NCBI GenBank assembly: GCA_963674755.2
Contig: CAXXVS010000002.1
Span: forward strand, 544,001-608,000
DNA: 64,000 bases
Source of the DNA: Desulfobacterales bacterium
Lineage (GTDB): Bacteria; Desulfobacterota; Desulfobacteria; Desulfobacterales; UBA5852
Direction of reading: 5' to 3'
Shown: piece by piece, positions 38,723 to 49,511 of the stretch
Position numbering within the stretch: position 1 is the stretch's first letter
Layout: each line of letters begins with the position of its first letter
The notes under the pieces: generated by a model
The model's input: the letters and a program-made list of their open reading frames with translations, nothing else
Database searches by the model: none
What the model was told of the DNA's origin: nothing
Made by a program: the position numbers and the translations under genes

Positions 38723-39451
38723 ATGGAAATTCTTGAGGGGATCCGTTTCAACTTTCGCGGATTGCTGCTCGGGCTGCGCACACCACGCCTGCTCATCTTG
38801 GGCCTGTTGCGGTTTGCGGTCGTTTTACTAATTGGTGTGGGCGCCGCCGTGGTGTTTTTTGCCTACCACCAGGACATCCTGCAGTTGATCTGGACCAGAC
38901 CGGAGAGCCTGTGGATTCTGTGGCTGTGGTATCTCGCCTCCTGGCTGCTGTCCCTGGTTCTTTTAGCGCTGACCTCCATTATCGGCTATTTTCTATGTCA
39001 GATTCTCTTTTGTGTCCTGATCATGGACCAAATGTCCCGCATCACCGAACGCATGCTGACCGGTGAAGAAAAAAAGCCCTCCAATGCCTCTCTTCTGACC
39101 CAGCTGGTGTATCTTGTCCGGCAGGAGACCCCCCGTGCCATTATTCCCGTATTGGTCACCCTGCTGATTATGGGAATCGGCTGGATGACGCCATTGGGCC
39201 CCTTTCTTACGGTCGCCGGACCGATTGTGGCCGCCATGTTTCTGGCCTGGGACAATACGGATCTGCTGCCCGCCCGGCGCCTCTATCCCTTCGGGGAGCG
39301 GTTTAAGCTGTTTCGACGCCAGCTGTTGTTCCATATGGGATTCGGACTCCCTTTCCTGATTCCTTTGGCCAATGTGCTCTTGCTGTCCTTCGCACCGGTG
39401 GGGGCCACCCTGTATCAGGTCGAAAAAGAACAGAAGGGTGCCGCCATTTAA
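38723..39451 (+). CDS. EI24/CysZ-like membrane protein
   Basis: Several TM helices; DQMSRITE...FLAWD...PVGATL pattern. Confidence 0.72.
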   Translation: MEILEGIRFNFRGLLLGLRTPRLLILGLLRFAVVLLIGVGAAVVFFAYHQDILQLIWTRPESLWILWLWYLASWLLSLVLLALTSIIGYFLCQILFCVLIMDQMSRITERMLTGEEKKPSNASLLTQLVYLVRQETPRAIIPVLVTLLIMGIGWMTPLGPFLTVAGPIVAAMFLAWDNTDLLPARRLYPFGERFKLFRRQLLFHMGFGLPFLIPLANVLLLSFAPVGATLYQVEKEQKGAAI

Positions 39452-39481
39452 ACGGCAGGTGGTTGGACGAACTTCCGGTCT

Positions 39482-40795
39482 CTATGAAGGCCGGGAAGCG
39501 ATTCGGCCTGCCGTGGGGGTGTTGCCCCGGGGCATCAGGACGAACACCAGCGCCGCCAAAAGCGCCACGCCGGCCAGTGTGATCACCAGCGCGGCGGCGT
39601 AGGCCCAACGATAGGCGGCTGCGGCCGCAAGGCCTTGCTGCAGCAGGAAATCCACCAGAGGACCGGCAATCAGTGTGCCGGCCAGCCCCCAGCTCAGAAA
39701 GAAGGTCGCATTGAACCAGCCGAAGCGCCGGCCCCTTTGTCGGGGAGGAATCAGGGATGCGGCCAGGGCGTAGGATGCCGCCATAATAATGCTTTCCGCA
39801 CAGCCCTTGAGGAAGCTTCCCAGATAAATTAGGCCCAGGTGCGAGGTTGTCATGAAGATCACCAGGTAGGCCATGCTCAGTGTCGTCCCGAACAAAATGC
39901 CGGGGCCGTTGCCAATTCGCAGGACCAGACGGCCGACCGCCAGGCCGGCCAAGATCATGGCCAGGGATTCGGTGTTGACGATATAGCTCAACGAGCGGCT
40001 GGAAACGGCGAATCCCGTACTGAGGAACAGATATTGGGGTTGAATGATCACCACGGAATTGCGACCGAAGTTGATCAGGACCATGGCCACCAGAAATAGC
40101 CCAAACCACCGTGCCGAGGGCGCATGGTCATCCCTATCATCGCCGGCCCGGCCATACTCGGCTGCGGTAACGCCCCCCTCCGGCAGCGATAGCAGCGGAA
40201 GGGTGGAGGCGAACATGACCCCGGCGGCCACGAAGAACAACGCCCCGTGTTGAAATCCCCAGCCATCGTAATAGTGGCCCAGCCCGTCATAAAGCAGCCC
40301 GCCGATCCAGACCCCGGCCATCCGTCCGATGCCGCCGGCACTGGTCAATTTCCCCTGGATGGCCCCCCGTTGATCGGGCGGATAGAGATCCGATATCAGG
40401 GCGCTCCACCCGATGTTTGACATGGACCAGAAAATTTCCACCACCGTCAACCCGATGATGATGACATAGGCCATATGGCGCCGGTCGTGGGGCAGCGTAT
40501 GGACAAACCATACGGCCAGCGTCCCGATACCGCCCAGTATCTCACCCCGCACGATCAGGGTGCGCCGCAACTGGTAGCGGTCCGATAGGTGTCCCCACAG
40601 GGTGGCTTGGAAAATGATATTGGCCAGCATGGGCAGGGTCGCGAAGAGGGTGGTTCCCGTCACGCTGAGATGGAGAAAGTAGCGCAGGTAAATGGAAAGA
40701 TAGGCGTAGAAAAGACCCCGGCGAAACATGGCCAGGATCTGAAAAGAGGCAACGCTGAAAAAGCGCTTGCGGGACGGGACGAACAGATTGGGCAT
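39482..40795 (-). CDS. MFS transporter
   Basis: About 12 TM segments; motif A WGHLSDRYQLRR. Confidence 0.9.
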   Translation of the reverse strand: MPNLFVPSRKRFFSVASFQILAMFRRGLFYAYLSIYLRYFLHLSVTGTTLFATLPMLANIIFQATLWGHLSDRYQLRRTLIVRGEILGGIGTLAVWFVHTLPHDRRHMAYVIIIGLTVVEIFWSMSNIGWSALISDLYPPDQRGAIQGKLTSAGGIGRMAGVWIGGLLYDGLGHYYDGWGFQHGALFFVAAGVMFASTLPLLSLPEGGVTAAEYGRAGDDRDDHAPSARWFGLFLVAMVLINFGRNSVVIIQPQYLFLSTGFAVSSRSLSYIVNTESLAMILAGLAVGRLVLRIGNGPGILFGTTLSMAYLVIFMTTSHLGLIYLGSFLKGCAESIIMAASYALAASLIPPRQRGRRFGWFNATFFLSWGLAGTLIAGPLVDFLLQQGLAAAAAYRWAYAAALVITLAGVALLAALVFVLMPRGNTPTAGRIASRPS

Positions 40796-41170
40796 GACGA
40801 CGACCTCGCGACGTCGAGAGACGATGGACGCCGATGATCGGTGGCGCTTATCGTGTTCTGTAAAGATCTATTGCGGTTGAGCGCTTCGAAACCCGTGAGC
40901 GATTTAACAGGCGGGCCTGCGCCGGGATGCCATCATCAGTAAAACATGCCGGATAGGCCATTTCGACACCAACTGCAAGCCCTAATCGCGGCGGCTTTCC
41001 GGCTGCTGATAGCGGCGGCGGGGATAAAAAGGCGGACGGGAAAGGGCCGGCCATCATTTCGGGTTGACTGTCAGGCGCTTTAAGCATATGAAAATGATAG
41101 ATTTATAAGCAAAATCAAGCCGTGTCAGGAATCTTTATCTTCGAACGCGACAATGATCAAAGGGGGAACG

Positions 41171-41740
41171 ATGCGGAGACTATTACGGGCTTGGCGGATA
41201 TGGGCAGTGGCGGGTTTGATGATGTTCGCACTCAGCGCTTGCGCCAGCAGCCCATCAACCGCTCCGACCACGGCGGACGATCAGTCCGCAGGCCAGAGCG
41301 CCGCGCTGTCCGATGAAGAAGCCCTTGCCCGTCAGCAGGCCCTGGAAGAGCAGCAGCTTCGTGAAGAAGCCGAACGGCGGCAGTTTGAAATCGAACGCAA
41401 CCGCTTTGTCTATGAAGATATCTTCTTTGCCAAGAACAAATACCGTCTAAGCGACCAGGCGATCCGGGAACTTGAGTGGAAGGCGGACTGGCTCATGGCA
41501 CACCCTGAAATCGACGTCATGATTGAAGGGTATTGCGACGATGGCGGAAACGCCGAAGCCAACCTGGCACTCGGCGCCCGCCGGGCCGGGGAGGTGGAGA
41601 GCTTTTTCCTGCGGCGGGGCATCCCCCGGGAGCGCTTGACGGTCATCAGCTACGGCAAGGAGCGCCCCATCGCGACAGGTAACACCGAAGAGGCGCGCGC
41701 CAAAAACCGACGCGTTCGAACGCAGATTATCGGAGATTGA
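41171..41740 (+). CDS. OmpA-family, Pal-like lipoprotein
   Basis: Lipobox LSAC; IEGYCDD, NLALGARRA, SYGKERP, NRRV. Confidence 0.9.
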   Translation: MRRLLRAWRIWAVAGLMMFALSACASSPSTAPTTADDQSAGQSAALSDEEALARQQALEEQQLREEAERRQFEIERNRFVYEDIFFAKNKYRLSDQAIRELEWKADWLMAHPEIDVMIEGYCDDGGNAEANLALGARRAGEVESFFLRRGIPRERLTVISYGKERPIATGNTEEARAKNRRVRTQIIGD

Positions 41741-41936
41741 AAGCGAGCGCGGCATCCGGTTTGGCAGCCTTGCCATTGCGACAATAATTCTGCGTAATTC
41801 CAGCTATTCCGAGTCACCACGTCGATCACATGGCCGGATTGTCAACCGCCGTTTCCCATGCGCGGTGGTTGGCGCCGGTCCGGCCGACCTCTGAATCATT
41901 CATTCCGATTACCGCCTCCCTTTCATCCACAACCCG

Positions 41937-42995
41937 TTAAATGAGGTTCAGGGCGTCGATGAGCGCTTTGAGGCGCGCAAGGGCTGACCGGTTGAAATCC
42001 AGGATCAGGCGGGGCAGTTCAAGGGTGTCCGAATCGTCAAACTCCTCGGGCAAGGCCGCCCCCTGCCGGAAGCTTCCCCCTGGAACCAGCAAGTCCTGAA
42101 ACTCTTTTGCGACCTGCGCCAGGGCTTCCTCCGCCAGGCTGCGCTGAAGCCGGATGACCAGCTTTTTATTCACATAGCGCATACTGTGATAGCGACGGTG
42201 GAAGACCTCAATGGTCCGAACGACATGGGAGATGTCGTTGCTGATATCGAAAAGGTTCATATCCTCGGACCGGATATAGCGACAGGCCACCAGGTGTTTT
42301 TCCATGAAATCCCGCCAATCATGCCAGTATTGGCTGCCGGGAACATCCACCATGATGATCGGCTGCGGGTAGTGCTTGCCCGTTTGGCAAAGCGTGAGGG
42401 TCTCCATCCCTTCATCCAGCGTTCCGAAACCGCCGGGGAAGACCACGACGGCGTCCGCCTCTTTCAGAAAGGCGACCTTACGGTTGAAAAAATACTTGTA
42501 GTTGATGTGGCGGGGGTTGCCGGCTACGATCGGGTTGGGTTTTTGTTCGAAGGGCAGACGGATGTTGATGCCGAACGAATGCTCGGGGCCGGCGCCTTCG
42601 TTGACGGCTTGCATAATGCCGGGGCCGCCGCCGGTAATGACCATAAAACCGCTTTCCGCCAGTTGGCGACCTAAATCGTGTGCCATGTGGTAGACCGGAT
42701 GATCGGGGGGCGTCCGGGCGGACCCGAATACGGACACCTTGCGGATATGGCGATAGGGACGGAAGACTTTAGCGGTGAACCGCATTTCTTTCAGGGAGCT
42801 GTTCATCAACTTCAGATCCGCTTTCTCAGGGTTCTCCTGGCCGGCTTTCAAAGCGGCCAAAATCAATTCCCGGACCAAGACCGGTTGCTTAATGCCGCCC
42901 ACCATCGTCATCAATCGTTCGATGGCGTCGTCGGCCGGACCGTTGGTTTTTGTAAAGCTCAATTGCATCTTTTCGGGCAATGTCTCGGTGGTCAT
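41937..42995 (-). CDS. LOG family protein (nucleotide phosphoribohydrolase-like)
   Basis: VFGSAR, ITGGGPGIM, YFFNRK, PGGFGTLDE. Confidence 0.93.
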   Translation of the reverse strand: MTTETLPEKMQLSFTKTNGPADDAIERLMTMVGGIKQPVLVRELILAALKAGQENPEKADLKLMNSSLKEMRFTAKVFRPYRHIRKVSVFGSARTPPDHPVYHMAHDLGRQLAESGFMVITGGGPGIMQAVNEGAGPEHSFGINIRLPFEQKPNPIVAGNPRHINYKYFFNRKVAFLKEADAVVVFPGGFGTLDEGMETLTLCQTGKHYPQPIIMVDVPGSQYWHDWRDFMEKHLVACRYIRSEDMNLFDISNDISHVVRTIEVFHRRYHSMRYVNKKLVIRLQRSLAEEALAQVAKEFQDLLVPGGSFRQGAALPEEFDDSDTLELPRLILDFNRSALARLKALIDALNLI

Positions 42996-43377
42996 AAGCT
43001 GTCCCCGTGAGCGGTAGAGGTTTGATGGGGGCTAAATCCGCTTGCCGATGCTGCGGATGGCCTTAGATTTGAGTTTGTGATGGTAAGTCGCGTACCGGAA
43101 CCGTTGCCGGGCGGCGTTGAGATAGTGACCCACGTCATTTCTAAATCTGCAACCTGCCAGGATGATTGTCAATATAGAGAGGATCAAACCGGACTCCGGT
43201 TTCAACCCGCTGCCATGGAACGAAGGCCGGAGAATGCCAGGGCGTACCGTAAGGTCGAGGCGTTAAAATCGACAAACCCCCATCCAGACCTAACGATTTG
43301 CCGAACCGGATGCGCATTGGCAGGGCAGCCTAAACGGTTCCCCAAGCGCTGGTTTGCCAACCGTGGAAAGCCGCACC

Positions 43378-45015
43378 ATGCAAAGACTTATGCGCAACCT
43401 GTCGACATTTTTTACGGCGATTCTCTCGCGCCGTATCGTACTCTGGGTTTTTCTCAGCGTGATTGCCATTGAGACCATCATTTTTTTCCCTTCCCTGCGC
43501 AATCGCGAGCAAGAATTGCTGGACCAGTTGAAGACCGTCTCGGCGGCCCGCATCGAGGTTTTGCTGAAGGACGAACCAGCCAATACATCGGCCGATGCTT
43601 TACTGGCCCGCATCAAACGCCTCCTGCTGGATGACGTCCTTGTCGGCGCGGCGCTTTATCGAACTGACGGAACGCGGGTCGGGGCCATCGGCGAACCCCC
43701 GGAGCTGGTCATCAACGAAGCCACCGCTCATCTTCGCGATCGTGTCTATCGGTTGGAAAATCGATATGATGTGGCCCTCATCGGGCCGGGTGGGCGGCGG
43801 ATGAAAATCCTCGTCGTGCGCCACGACACTAGTTCGGTGCGCAAGGCTTTGGTGGCCTTCTTCGGACGGATTGCCGGCCTGGTGGTGATCATTTCCATGG
43901 TTGTCACCCTGGGTGCGGTGATGGCCCTGGGCCCCATCGTGGTGCAGCCGATCCTCAAGCTGCGTCGGGATCTGCTGGCCGCCGGCGAGGCGGTTCGCCG
44001 GGACGATCCGCCGCCAACCTTCCTGTCCGCTCAGGTGAAACGATCCGATGAACTGGGTGAAGTTATCGACGCTTTTCAGCGTATGTTCGGCCAGATCACG
44101 GAAGCCATCAACCATCGCAAGGCGGCCGAAGGCCGGTTGCGGGACACCCTGCACCAACTGGAGGATTACTCCCGGACCCTCAACCAGGAACTGGATAAGG
44201 GCCGTGAAATCCAGAAAAATTTTTTGCCGGCGCACCTGTTGGAATTGCCGGGGTGGGAGTTTGCGGCCTATTTCAAACCCGCCCGCCAGGTGGCAGGGGA
44301 TTACTACGACCTTTTCCATCTGCCCGGCAACCGGGTGGGACTGGTGATTGCAGATGTATGTGACAAAGGCGTCGGGGCCGCTCTTTTCATGGCGCTTTTC
44401 CGCAGTCTCATCCGCATTTTTTCAGGGCAGTTCGAAGTCAACGGGGGCACCTGTCCGGGCCGCCGCCTGCCCATGGAAATCACCCCCAACCCCATGGACA
44501 CCGCCACCATCGTCCGTTCGGACCTGGAGATCCTGCAGGCCGTGGTTCATACCAACCGCTACGTGGCCCGCAATCATGGGGATCTGGGAATGTTTGCAAC
44601 GCAGTTTTTCGGCGTGCTGGAACCGGCCTCCGGCGGCCTGGCGTATATCAATGCCGGTCATGAGCCAATTTTGGTGCTGTCCCCCGGCGGTGGTGTCCGT
44701 CAACAGCTCGATGCCACCGGCCCGGCGGTGGGGATCACCGGCGATGCGGTCTTCACGGTACGCCACACCACGATCCGGCCGGGGGAGACGCTCGTCAGCT
44801 ACACCGACGGCATTCCCGAGGCCAGTTCCCGCGAGGGCGAATTTTTCGGGCGGGAGCGTCTGATGGCCCTTCTGGAAGGCTGTTGGACGTCCGCGGCCGA
44901 TCTGGTGAAGGCCATTGCCGGGGAGGTCTCCGCCCATACCGGCGCGGCCGATCAGTTCGATGACATCACCATGCTGGTGGTTCGGCGCGCCAGCCGGTCC
45001 GGTGGACCCCCTTAA
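43378..45015 (+). CDS. Membrane HAMP-SpoIIE (PP2C/RsbU-type) phosphatase
   Basis: Two TM segments; DELGEV (HAMP); VAGDYYD, ADVCDKG, NAGH, YTDG, DDIT. Confidence 0.93.
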   Translation: MQRLMRNLSTFFTAILSRRIVLWVFLSVIAIETIIFFPSLRNREQELLDQLKTVSAARIEVLLKDEPANTSADALLARIKRLLLDDVLVGAALYRTDGTRVGAIGEPPELVINEATAHLRDRVYRLENRYDVALIGPGGRRMKILVVRHDTSSVRKALVAFFGRIAGLVVIISMVVTLGAVMALGPIVVQPILKLRRDLLAAGEAVRRDDPPPTFLSAQVKRSDELGEVIDAFQRMFGQITEAINHRKAAEGRLRDTLHQLEDYSRTLNQELDKGREIQKNFLPAHLLELPGWEFAAYFKPARQVAGDYYDLFHLPGNRVGLVIADVCDKGVGAALFMALFRSLIRIFSGQFEVNGGTCPGRRLPMEITPNPMDTATIVRSDLEILQAVVHTNRYVARNHGDLGMFATQFFGVLEPASGGLAYINAGHEPILVLSPGGGVRQQLDATGPAVGITGDAVFTVRHTTIRPGETLVSYTDGIPEASSREGEFFGRERLMALLEGCWTSAADLVKAIAGEVSAHTGAADQFDDITMLVVRRASRSGGPP

Positions 45016-45030
45016 CCGCTTTAACGCTCT

Positions 45031-46740
45031 TCAGAGACGCCCCGATCGGAAAATGGAGACAATCAGCCAGATGCCAAGCACGGTGGCGATGGAATAGCCG
45101 GTGATGCCGAGCGCGGCGGTAATGGAAAGCGTCGGGCGGCCGAAAAAAGGCAGGGTGAATTCCAGGACTTTCTGGCTGCTGTTTAAAATCAGCGAAGCCG
45201 CGATCGTGGACGCGGAGATCACCGCCCCCACGGTCAGGCGGTTGATGCCCCGTTCAAGCTTCTGGTCGAACTGTTCGAAGCCTCTGTGGCGAAATTCCAG
45301 GTGATACTCGCCTTTGGCGGCCTGACGCAGAATGTCGTTGACATAGCGTGGCATGCGACGGGCGTACTGCCCCAGGGTCCGCGTTTCGCGGCCGATGGTT
45401 TTAAACAATTTGTGGGTGTCGTAGCCCTGCTGCACGAGCTTTTCCGCATAGGGGCGGGTCACTTCGAGGATGTTGGCGTCGCTGTTGAGGATTTTGCCCA
45501 GGGCCTCGGCCTGGATAAAGGTTTTGAGCAGCAGGAGCAGGTTGCGCGGCAGCCGGAGCTGGTAGGTGAGTACCAGGGCGATCACCTGGTCGTAGACCTC
45601 CCGCACCGAGACGGATTGCAGGGAACGGCCGTAGAAGGGCTCACTGATTTCCATGAGATCCCGCCGCAATGCGTCAATATCGAGGGAGGGCTCCCCAAAC
45701 AGGCCGGCGGCTTCCAACGCGTCCATGACCATATCGTAGTCATGCTCGGCATAGCCCAGAAAGAGATTGGCGATCTGGCGCATCAGCGCTTCGTCGATCA
45801 GGCCCGTAATGCCGAAATCCACCAGCCCCACACGGCCGTCGGGCATGACGATGGTGTTGGCCGGGTGCGGATCGGCGTGGAAAAAACCGAATTCCATCAA
45901 TTGCCGGGAAAAGGAGCGCAGCCCGATCAGGGCAATTTCGCGGGGATCGATGCCATAGGCCCTGATGGCGGCGATGTCGTCCATTTTGCAGCCCTCGAGA
46001 TATTCCATCACCAGAACGGCCCGGGTGGTGTAGTCCCAATAGACCCGCGGGATGTGGATCTCATCGGAATCCTCGAAGAGGGTTGCGAATTTTTCAATGC
46101 TGCCGGCCTCGATAACCATATCGAGTTCCCGGAAAATCGTGCGCTCAAATTCCTGAACCAGGTTGACCGCCCCGAGCAGCCGTGCGACCTGGAACCATTT
46201 CTCCAGTTTGCCGGCAAAATAGTACATCAGGCGGATATCCTTCTGGATGATCCGGTCGATGCCGGGCCGGATGATCTTAACGGCCACCTGTTCGCCGCTG
46301 TAAAGGCGGGCCTTGTGGACCTGGGCCACGGACGCCGATCCCCGGGGCGTGGGTTCGAAATCGGCAAACACTTCCGATAGCGGGCGCTTCAACTCGGTTT
46401 CCACCACACGGCGCGCCTGGCGGAAGGGAAACGGGGCCACGCTGTCCTGCAGCTTGCGGAATTCATCGATGTAGGCCGGCGGGAAAATATCGGCGCGGGT
46501 GCTCATCAACTGCCCCAGTTTGATGAAGCTGGGGCCCAGTTCTTCCAGCGCCAGCCGGATGCGTCCGGGGGAGGGGACGCGCAGTGCCGCGGCAGGCGGG
46601 GCTTCGGGGTCATCGCTGCCGGAAGGGTTTCGTCGGAACAAACGCGCCGTAAGATCGGCGATCCCGTATCTGATCATGACGCCGGCGATGGCGAGAAAGC
46701 GCCAGGCGCCTGTTATTCGGCTTCCCCGTGTGCGCTGCAT
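45031..46740 (-). CDS. ABC1/AarF/UbiB family kinase
   Basis: ELGPSFIKLGQ, ASVAQVH, VAVK, FHADPHPAN, DFG. Confidence 0.93.
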   Translation of the reverse strand: MQRTRGSRITGAWRFLAIAGVMIRYGIADLTARLFRRNPSGSDDPEAPPAAALRVPSPGRIRLALEELGPSFIKLGQLMSTRADIFPPAYIDEFRKLQDSVAPFPFRQARRVVETELKRPLSEVFADFEPTPRGSASVAQVHKARLYSGEQVAVKIIRPGIDRIIQKDIRLMYYFAGKLEKWFQVARLLGAVNLVQEFERTIFRELDMVIEAGSIEKFATLFEDSDEIHIPRVYWDYTTRAVLVMEYLEGCKMDDIAAIRAYGIDPREIALIGLRSFSRQLMEFGFFHADPHPANTIVMPDGRVGLVDFGITGLIDEALMRQIANLFLGYAEHDYDMVMDALEAAGLFGEPSLDIDALRRDLMEISEPFYGRSLQSVSVREVYDQVIALVLTYQLRLPRNLLLLLKTFIQAEALGKILNSDANILEVTRPYAEKLVQQGYDTHKLFKTIGRETRTLGQYARRMPRYVNDILRQAAKGEYHLEFRHRGFEQFDQKLERGINRLTVGAVISASTIAASLILNSSQKVLEFTLPFFGRPTLSITAALGITGYSIATVLGIWLIVSIFRSGRL

Positions 46741-46832
46741 AGATGTATTTTGTCTCCCCTCACGAACAACATTGCTGGCGGGCCAAACCCCGTCTGTTTT
46801 GGAAGCGACGGCGCTATCGGCGGAACCCCTGC

Positions 46833-47090
46833 CTATGCGTCGTTTTCCGGCGGTGTTTCCTCCGCGGCCAGGGCGGTGGGCCATTTACGGCGGATGGCGG
46901 CGATATCTTCCTCGCGGCTGATATAACTCTCCACGTAGCCGCAGGCGCTGCAGACATAGTTGTCGAGCGCCGCCATGGCAGTCAGGCTGATGGGAATGGC
47001 ATTGCAGGAAAAGGGACCGCTTTTGGGAAACACATTCGTCCCGGCGAATACGTCGGAAGATCCGCATTTGGGGCAAGTGCCGCTTTTCAT
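46833..47090 (-). CDS. Small zinc-ribbon protein (85 aa)
   Basis: GGAGG SD; CPKCGS and CSACGY. Confidence 0.75.
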   Translation of the reverse strand: MKSGTCPKCGSSDVFAGTNVFPKSGPFSCNAIPISLTAMAALDNYVCSACGYVESYISREEDIAAIRRKWPTALAAEETPPENDA

Positions 47091-47329
47091 CGCTGGTTTT
47101 CCTCCCTGATGTGGATGATGACGAGGTGATGTGCTGCTGCCATTGGGAATGATCGGGGGGCAACCCCCAGGAAGCGTATGCCTTCGGGATGGCAACGCTT
47201 TGGCGCGCAGTATGGCCCAATCCCCGGGGCCTGTCAACTCGCACGGCAACGGCCCGATGCCGGGATTCTCCTTGACTTTTGGCAAGCGTCCCTCTATCCA
47301 AAGGCCGGCTTTTACAAGGAGACGAAACG

Positions 47330-47974
47330 TTGGAGGATCGCTATCGACGCTGGCTGGACCGCAAACTGACGGATCGCTGTGTCCAGAATCTGAAACGCAA
47401 TGGATTCGACGCCCGTAGCGCAGCCACCCCCCAAGCCGCGTGCCGCGATATCCTGGCGATGATATCCGAATTCGAGACCTTCGGTATCGGCGGATCGGAA
47501 ACGATTCGGCAGATCGGGATCATCGAAGAACTGCACGGGATGGGTAAATCCATCCTCGATCACCGGCGACCGGAATTGAGTCCCGACGAGGTGCAGGCCG
47601 TGCGACTCGAACAAAGTCGCTGCGATTGTTTTCTATGCAGTGCCAATGCCGTTTCGGCCCGGGGTGAAATCGTCAATGTGGACGGCATTGGCAACCGGGT
47701 GGCCGCCATGACCTTCGGCCCCCGCAAGGTCGTCATCGTGGCCGGGGTCAACAAGATCGTCCCCGACCTGGACCAGGCCTTGCAGCGTGTCCGTCAGATT
47801 GCCGGACCGATGCGGGCTAAAAGTCTGGGGATGGACACCCCCTGTGCCGAAACCGGTGCGTGCGCCGACTGCCATTCCCCCCAGCGAATCTGCCGGATTA
47901 CGACCATCCTTCACCGCCGCCCCATGTTGACCGATATCGCCGTCGTCCTGGTGGGTGCGGATCTGGGATTCTAG
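47330..47974 (+). CDS. LUD-domain (lactate utilization LutC/YkgG-like) protein
   Basis: AAGGAG SD plus TTG; SANA...NVDGIGNRV...GVNKIV...C-x-DC...RIC. Confidence 0.88.
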   Translation: MEDRYRRWLDRKLTDRCVQNLKRNGFDARSAATPQAACRDILAMISEFETFGIGGSETIRQIGIIEELHGMGKSILDHRRPELSPDEVQAVRLEQSRCDCFLCSANAVSARGEIVNVDGIGNRVAAMTFGPRKVVIVAGVNKIVPDLDQALQRVRQIAGPMRAKSLGMDTPCAETGACADCHSPQRICRITTILHRRPMLTDIAVVLVGADLGF

Positions 47975-48039
47975 CCCGGGCTAAAGCACGGGCCGCTAAA
48001 ACCGATTTCGGATAACCAACGACCGCCGCAGATTTTACG

Positions 48040-48522
48040 ATGCCGGAACCAATCTCGCTATCAGAGCCCTTCTGGGAAAAACTTCCCATGGCCGCCATGA
48101 ATCGGGACCAATGGGAAGCGCTGTGCGACCGTTGCGGCCGCTGCTGCCTGGAAAAGCTGACCAACCGGCGCAACGGCAAAGTCTACTACACGTCCATCGC
48201 CTGTTCCCTGCTGGACAAGACGTCCTGCCAGTGCCGGGACTACCGGCACCGCCACCACCAGGTCCCCAACTGCATTCGTTTGACGACACGCAATCTCGGT
48301 GTCTGCCGCTGGTTGCCCCGCACCTGCGCCTATCGTCTGTTGTGGGAGGGGCATGCCCTGCCTGACTGGCATCCCCTGGTCTCCGGACGTCCGGAATCGG
48401 TGCATGAGGCTGGTATATCGATTCGCGGCCGCCGTCTGCACACCTTGCCCGCCGACCACGAACCATTGGAAAACTACATTGTCGATTGGGGCATCTGGAG
48501 CAAGAAAGCCCGGTGCGATTGA
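48040..48522 (+). CDS. YcgN family cysteine-cluster protein
   Basis: WEALCDRCGRCCLEK, WLPRTCAYR, WHPLVSG. Confidence 0.9.
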   Translation: MPEPISLSEPFWEKLPMAAMNRDQWEALCDRCGRCCLEKLTNRRNGKVYYTSIACSLLDKTSCQCRDYRHRHHQVPNCIRLTTRNLGVCRWLPRTCAYRLLWEGHALPDWHPLVSGRPESVHEAGISIRGRRLHTLPADHEPLENYIVDWGIWSKKARCD

Positions 48523-48594
48523 AGCCCCTTCCTCGACGGCACATTGCAGCCCCCGGCGGTGTTCGCGCCTGTTTACGATCTTCGTTGCGCCCCT

Positions 48595-48627
48595 GATGAT
48601 CATCAGATGATCACCAGATGGTCACAA
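48595..48627 (+). repeat. Three 11-bp tandem direct repeats
   Basis: GATGATCATCA GATGATCACCA GATGGTCACAA. Confidence 0.75.
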
Positions 48628-48723
48628 GGGGACGGCTTGCCATTCGGCAAGAACGCCTTATGGTGTCCTGCGGACCGCATGGAGCGGTCCTTTTTCCACA
48701 GAAACAACCATAAGGATGGTGCC

Positions 48724-48918
48724 ATGAAACATCGGGATCATTTCAATACGGCGGATTTCATGTCTGTTCCGGAAGCGGCCCGCTATCTCGGGGTCGGCCG
48801 CAAGATGATATACCAGCTGATCGAGAACGGGGATTTGGGCTTCACCCGCGAACGGGGGGCCGTCCGCATCCTGACCGAAACCGTGGTGGCGTTTCGCGAG
48901 GGCGGTCGGATGGTGTGA
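48724..48918 (+). CDS. Excisionase/BldC-like HTH_17 DNA-binding protein (64 aa)
   Basis: FMSVPEAARYLGVGRKMIYQLIENGDL. Confidence 0.82.
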   Translation: MKHRDHFNTADFMSVPEAARYLGVGRKMIYQLIENGDLGFTRERGAVRILTETVVAFREGGRMV

Positions 48919-48938
48919 CGCGCACCCTGCAAGGCAGG

Positions 48939-49511
48939 TCAACGGGGATGTTTCCAGCGGATGGGGGAGACATAGGCATCCCCCTGCCGCCACATGCCGG
49001 TTTGCGAACGCCGGGCCCGTTCTTCATCGGCCAGGTAGGGGGCCTTGTCGAAGGCCTCCGGCGTGCGCCCCCGGTAGACTTCGGCCAGGCCGGCCTGGAG
49101 CATGGCGCGGTTGACATCCTGACCGTTGCAATAGACCACGGCCAGACTGCGGCCGTAGCGGTCTTGGCCGTAGACCCTGAGCCTGACAGAATGGTTCAGA
49201 ACAAGGGCGGCCAGGTGCCGCTGGGATTTACGGCTGTAAGGCTGACCGGGCTCCCCTTTGCCCTTGGAGGTCTCCGGGGCATCGATTCCCAGAAGACGAA
49301 TCGTCTTCTTCCCGTCAATCCCTTTAACCAGGATGGTATCGCCGTCGAATACCCTGATAACGGTGCAGACGGGGCCGCTTTCAGCGGCGGAGGAACGGAC
49401 GGCGCCCACGAGGAGCAATCCGACCAAGGCACTCAGCAAAATGCTTCCGTATCGTCCGGCGGCATTTTTCGGTCCCGGCCAGGGCCTTTCCAAAACCGAT
49501 TTTATGACCAC
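48939..49511 (-). CDS. Thermonuclease (SNase) family secreted nuclease
   Basis: Signal peptide; DGDT, RLLGIDAPE, DRYGR. Confidence 0.92.
   Translation of the reverse strand: MVIKSVLERPWPGPKNAAGRYGSILLSALVGLLLVGAVRSSAAESGPVCTVIRVFDGDTILVKGIDGKKTIRLLGIDAPETSKGKGEPGQPYSRKSQRHLAALVLNHSVRLRVYGQDRYGRSLAVVYCNGQDVNRAMLQAGLAEVYRGRTPEAFDKAPYLADEERARRSQTGMWRQGDAYVSPIRWKHPR

Noticed and set aside
43195..43240. Minus-strand CTCCGGCCT...GGCAGCGGGTTG resembling the 3' half of a c-di-GMP-I riboswitch
   Set aside because: The 5' GGYAAA, GNRA tetraloop hairpin and GACGCAAAG elements are absent.
48724..49511. Excisionase-like gene plus thermonuclease as a prophage or ICE remnant
   Set aside because: No integrase, att repeat, phage gene or compositional shift; the flanks are housekeeping genes.
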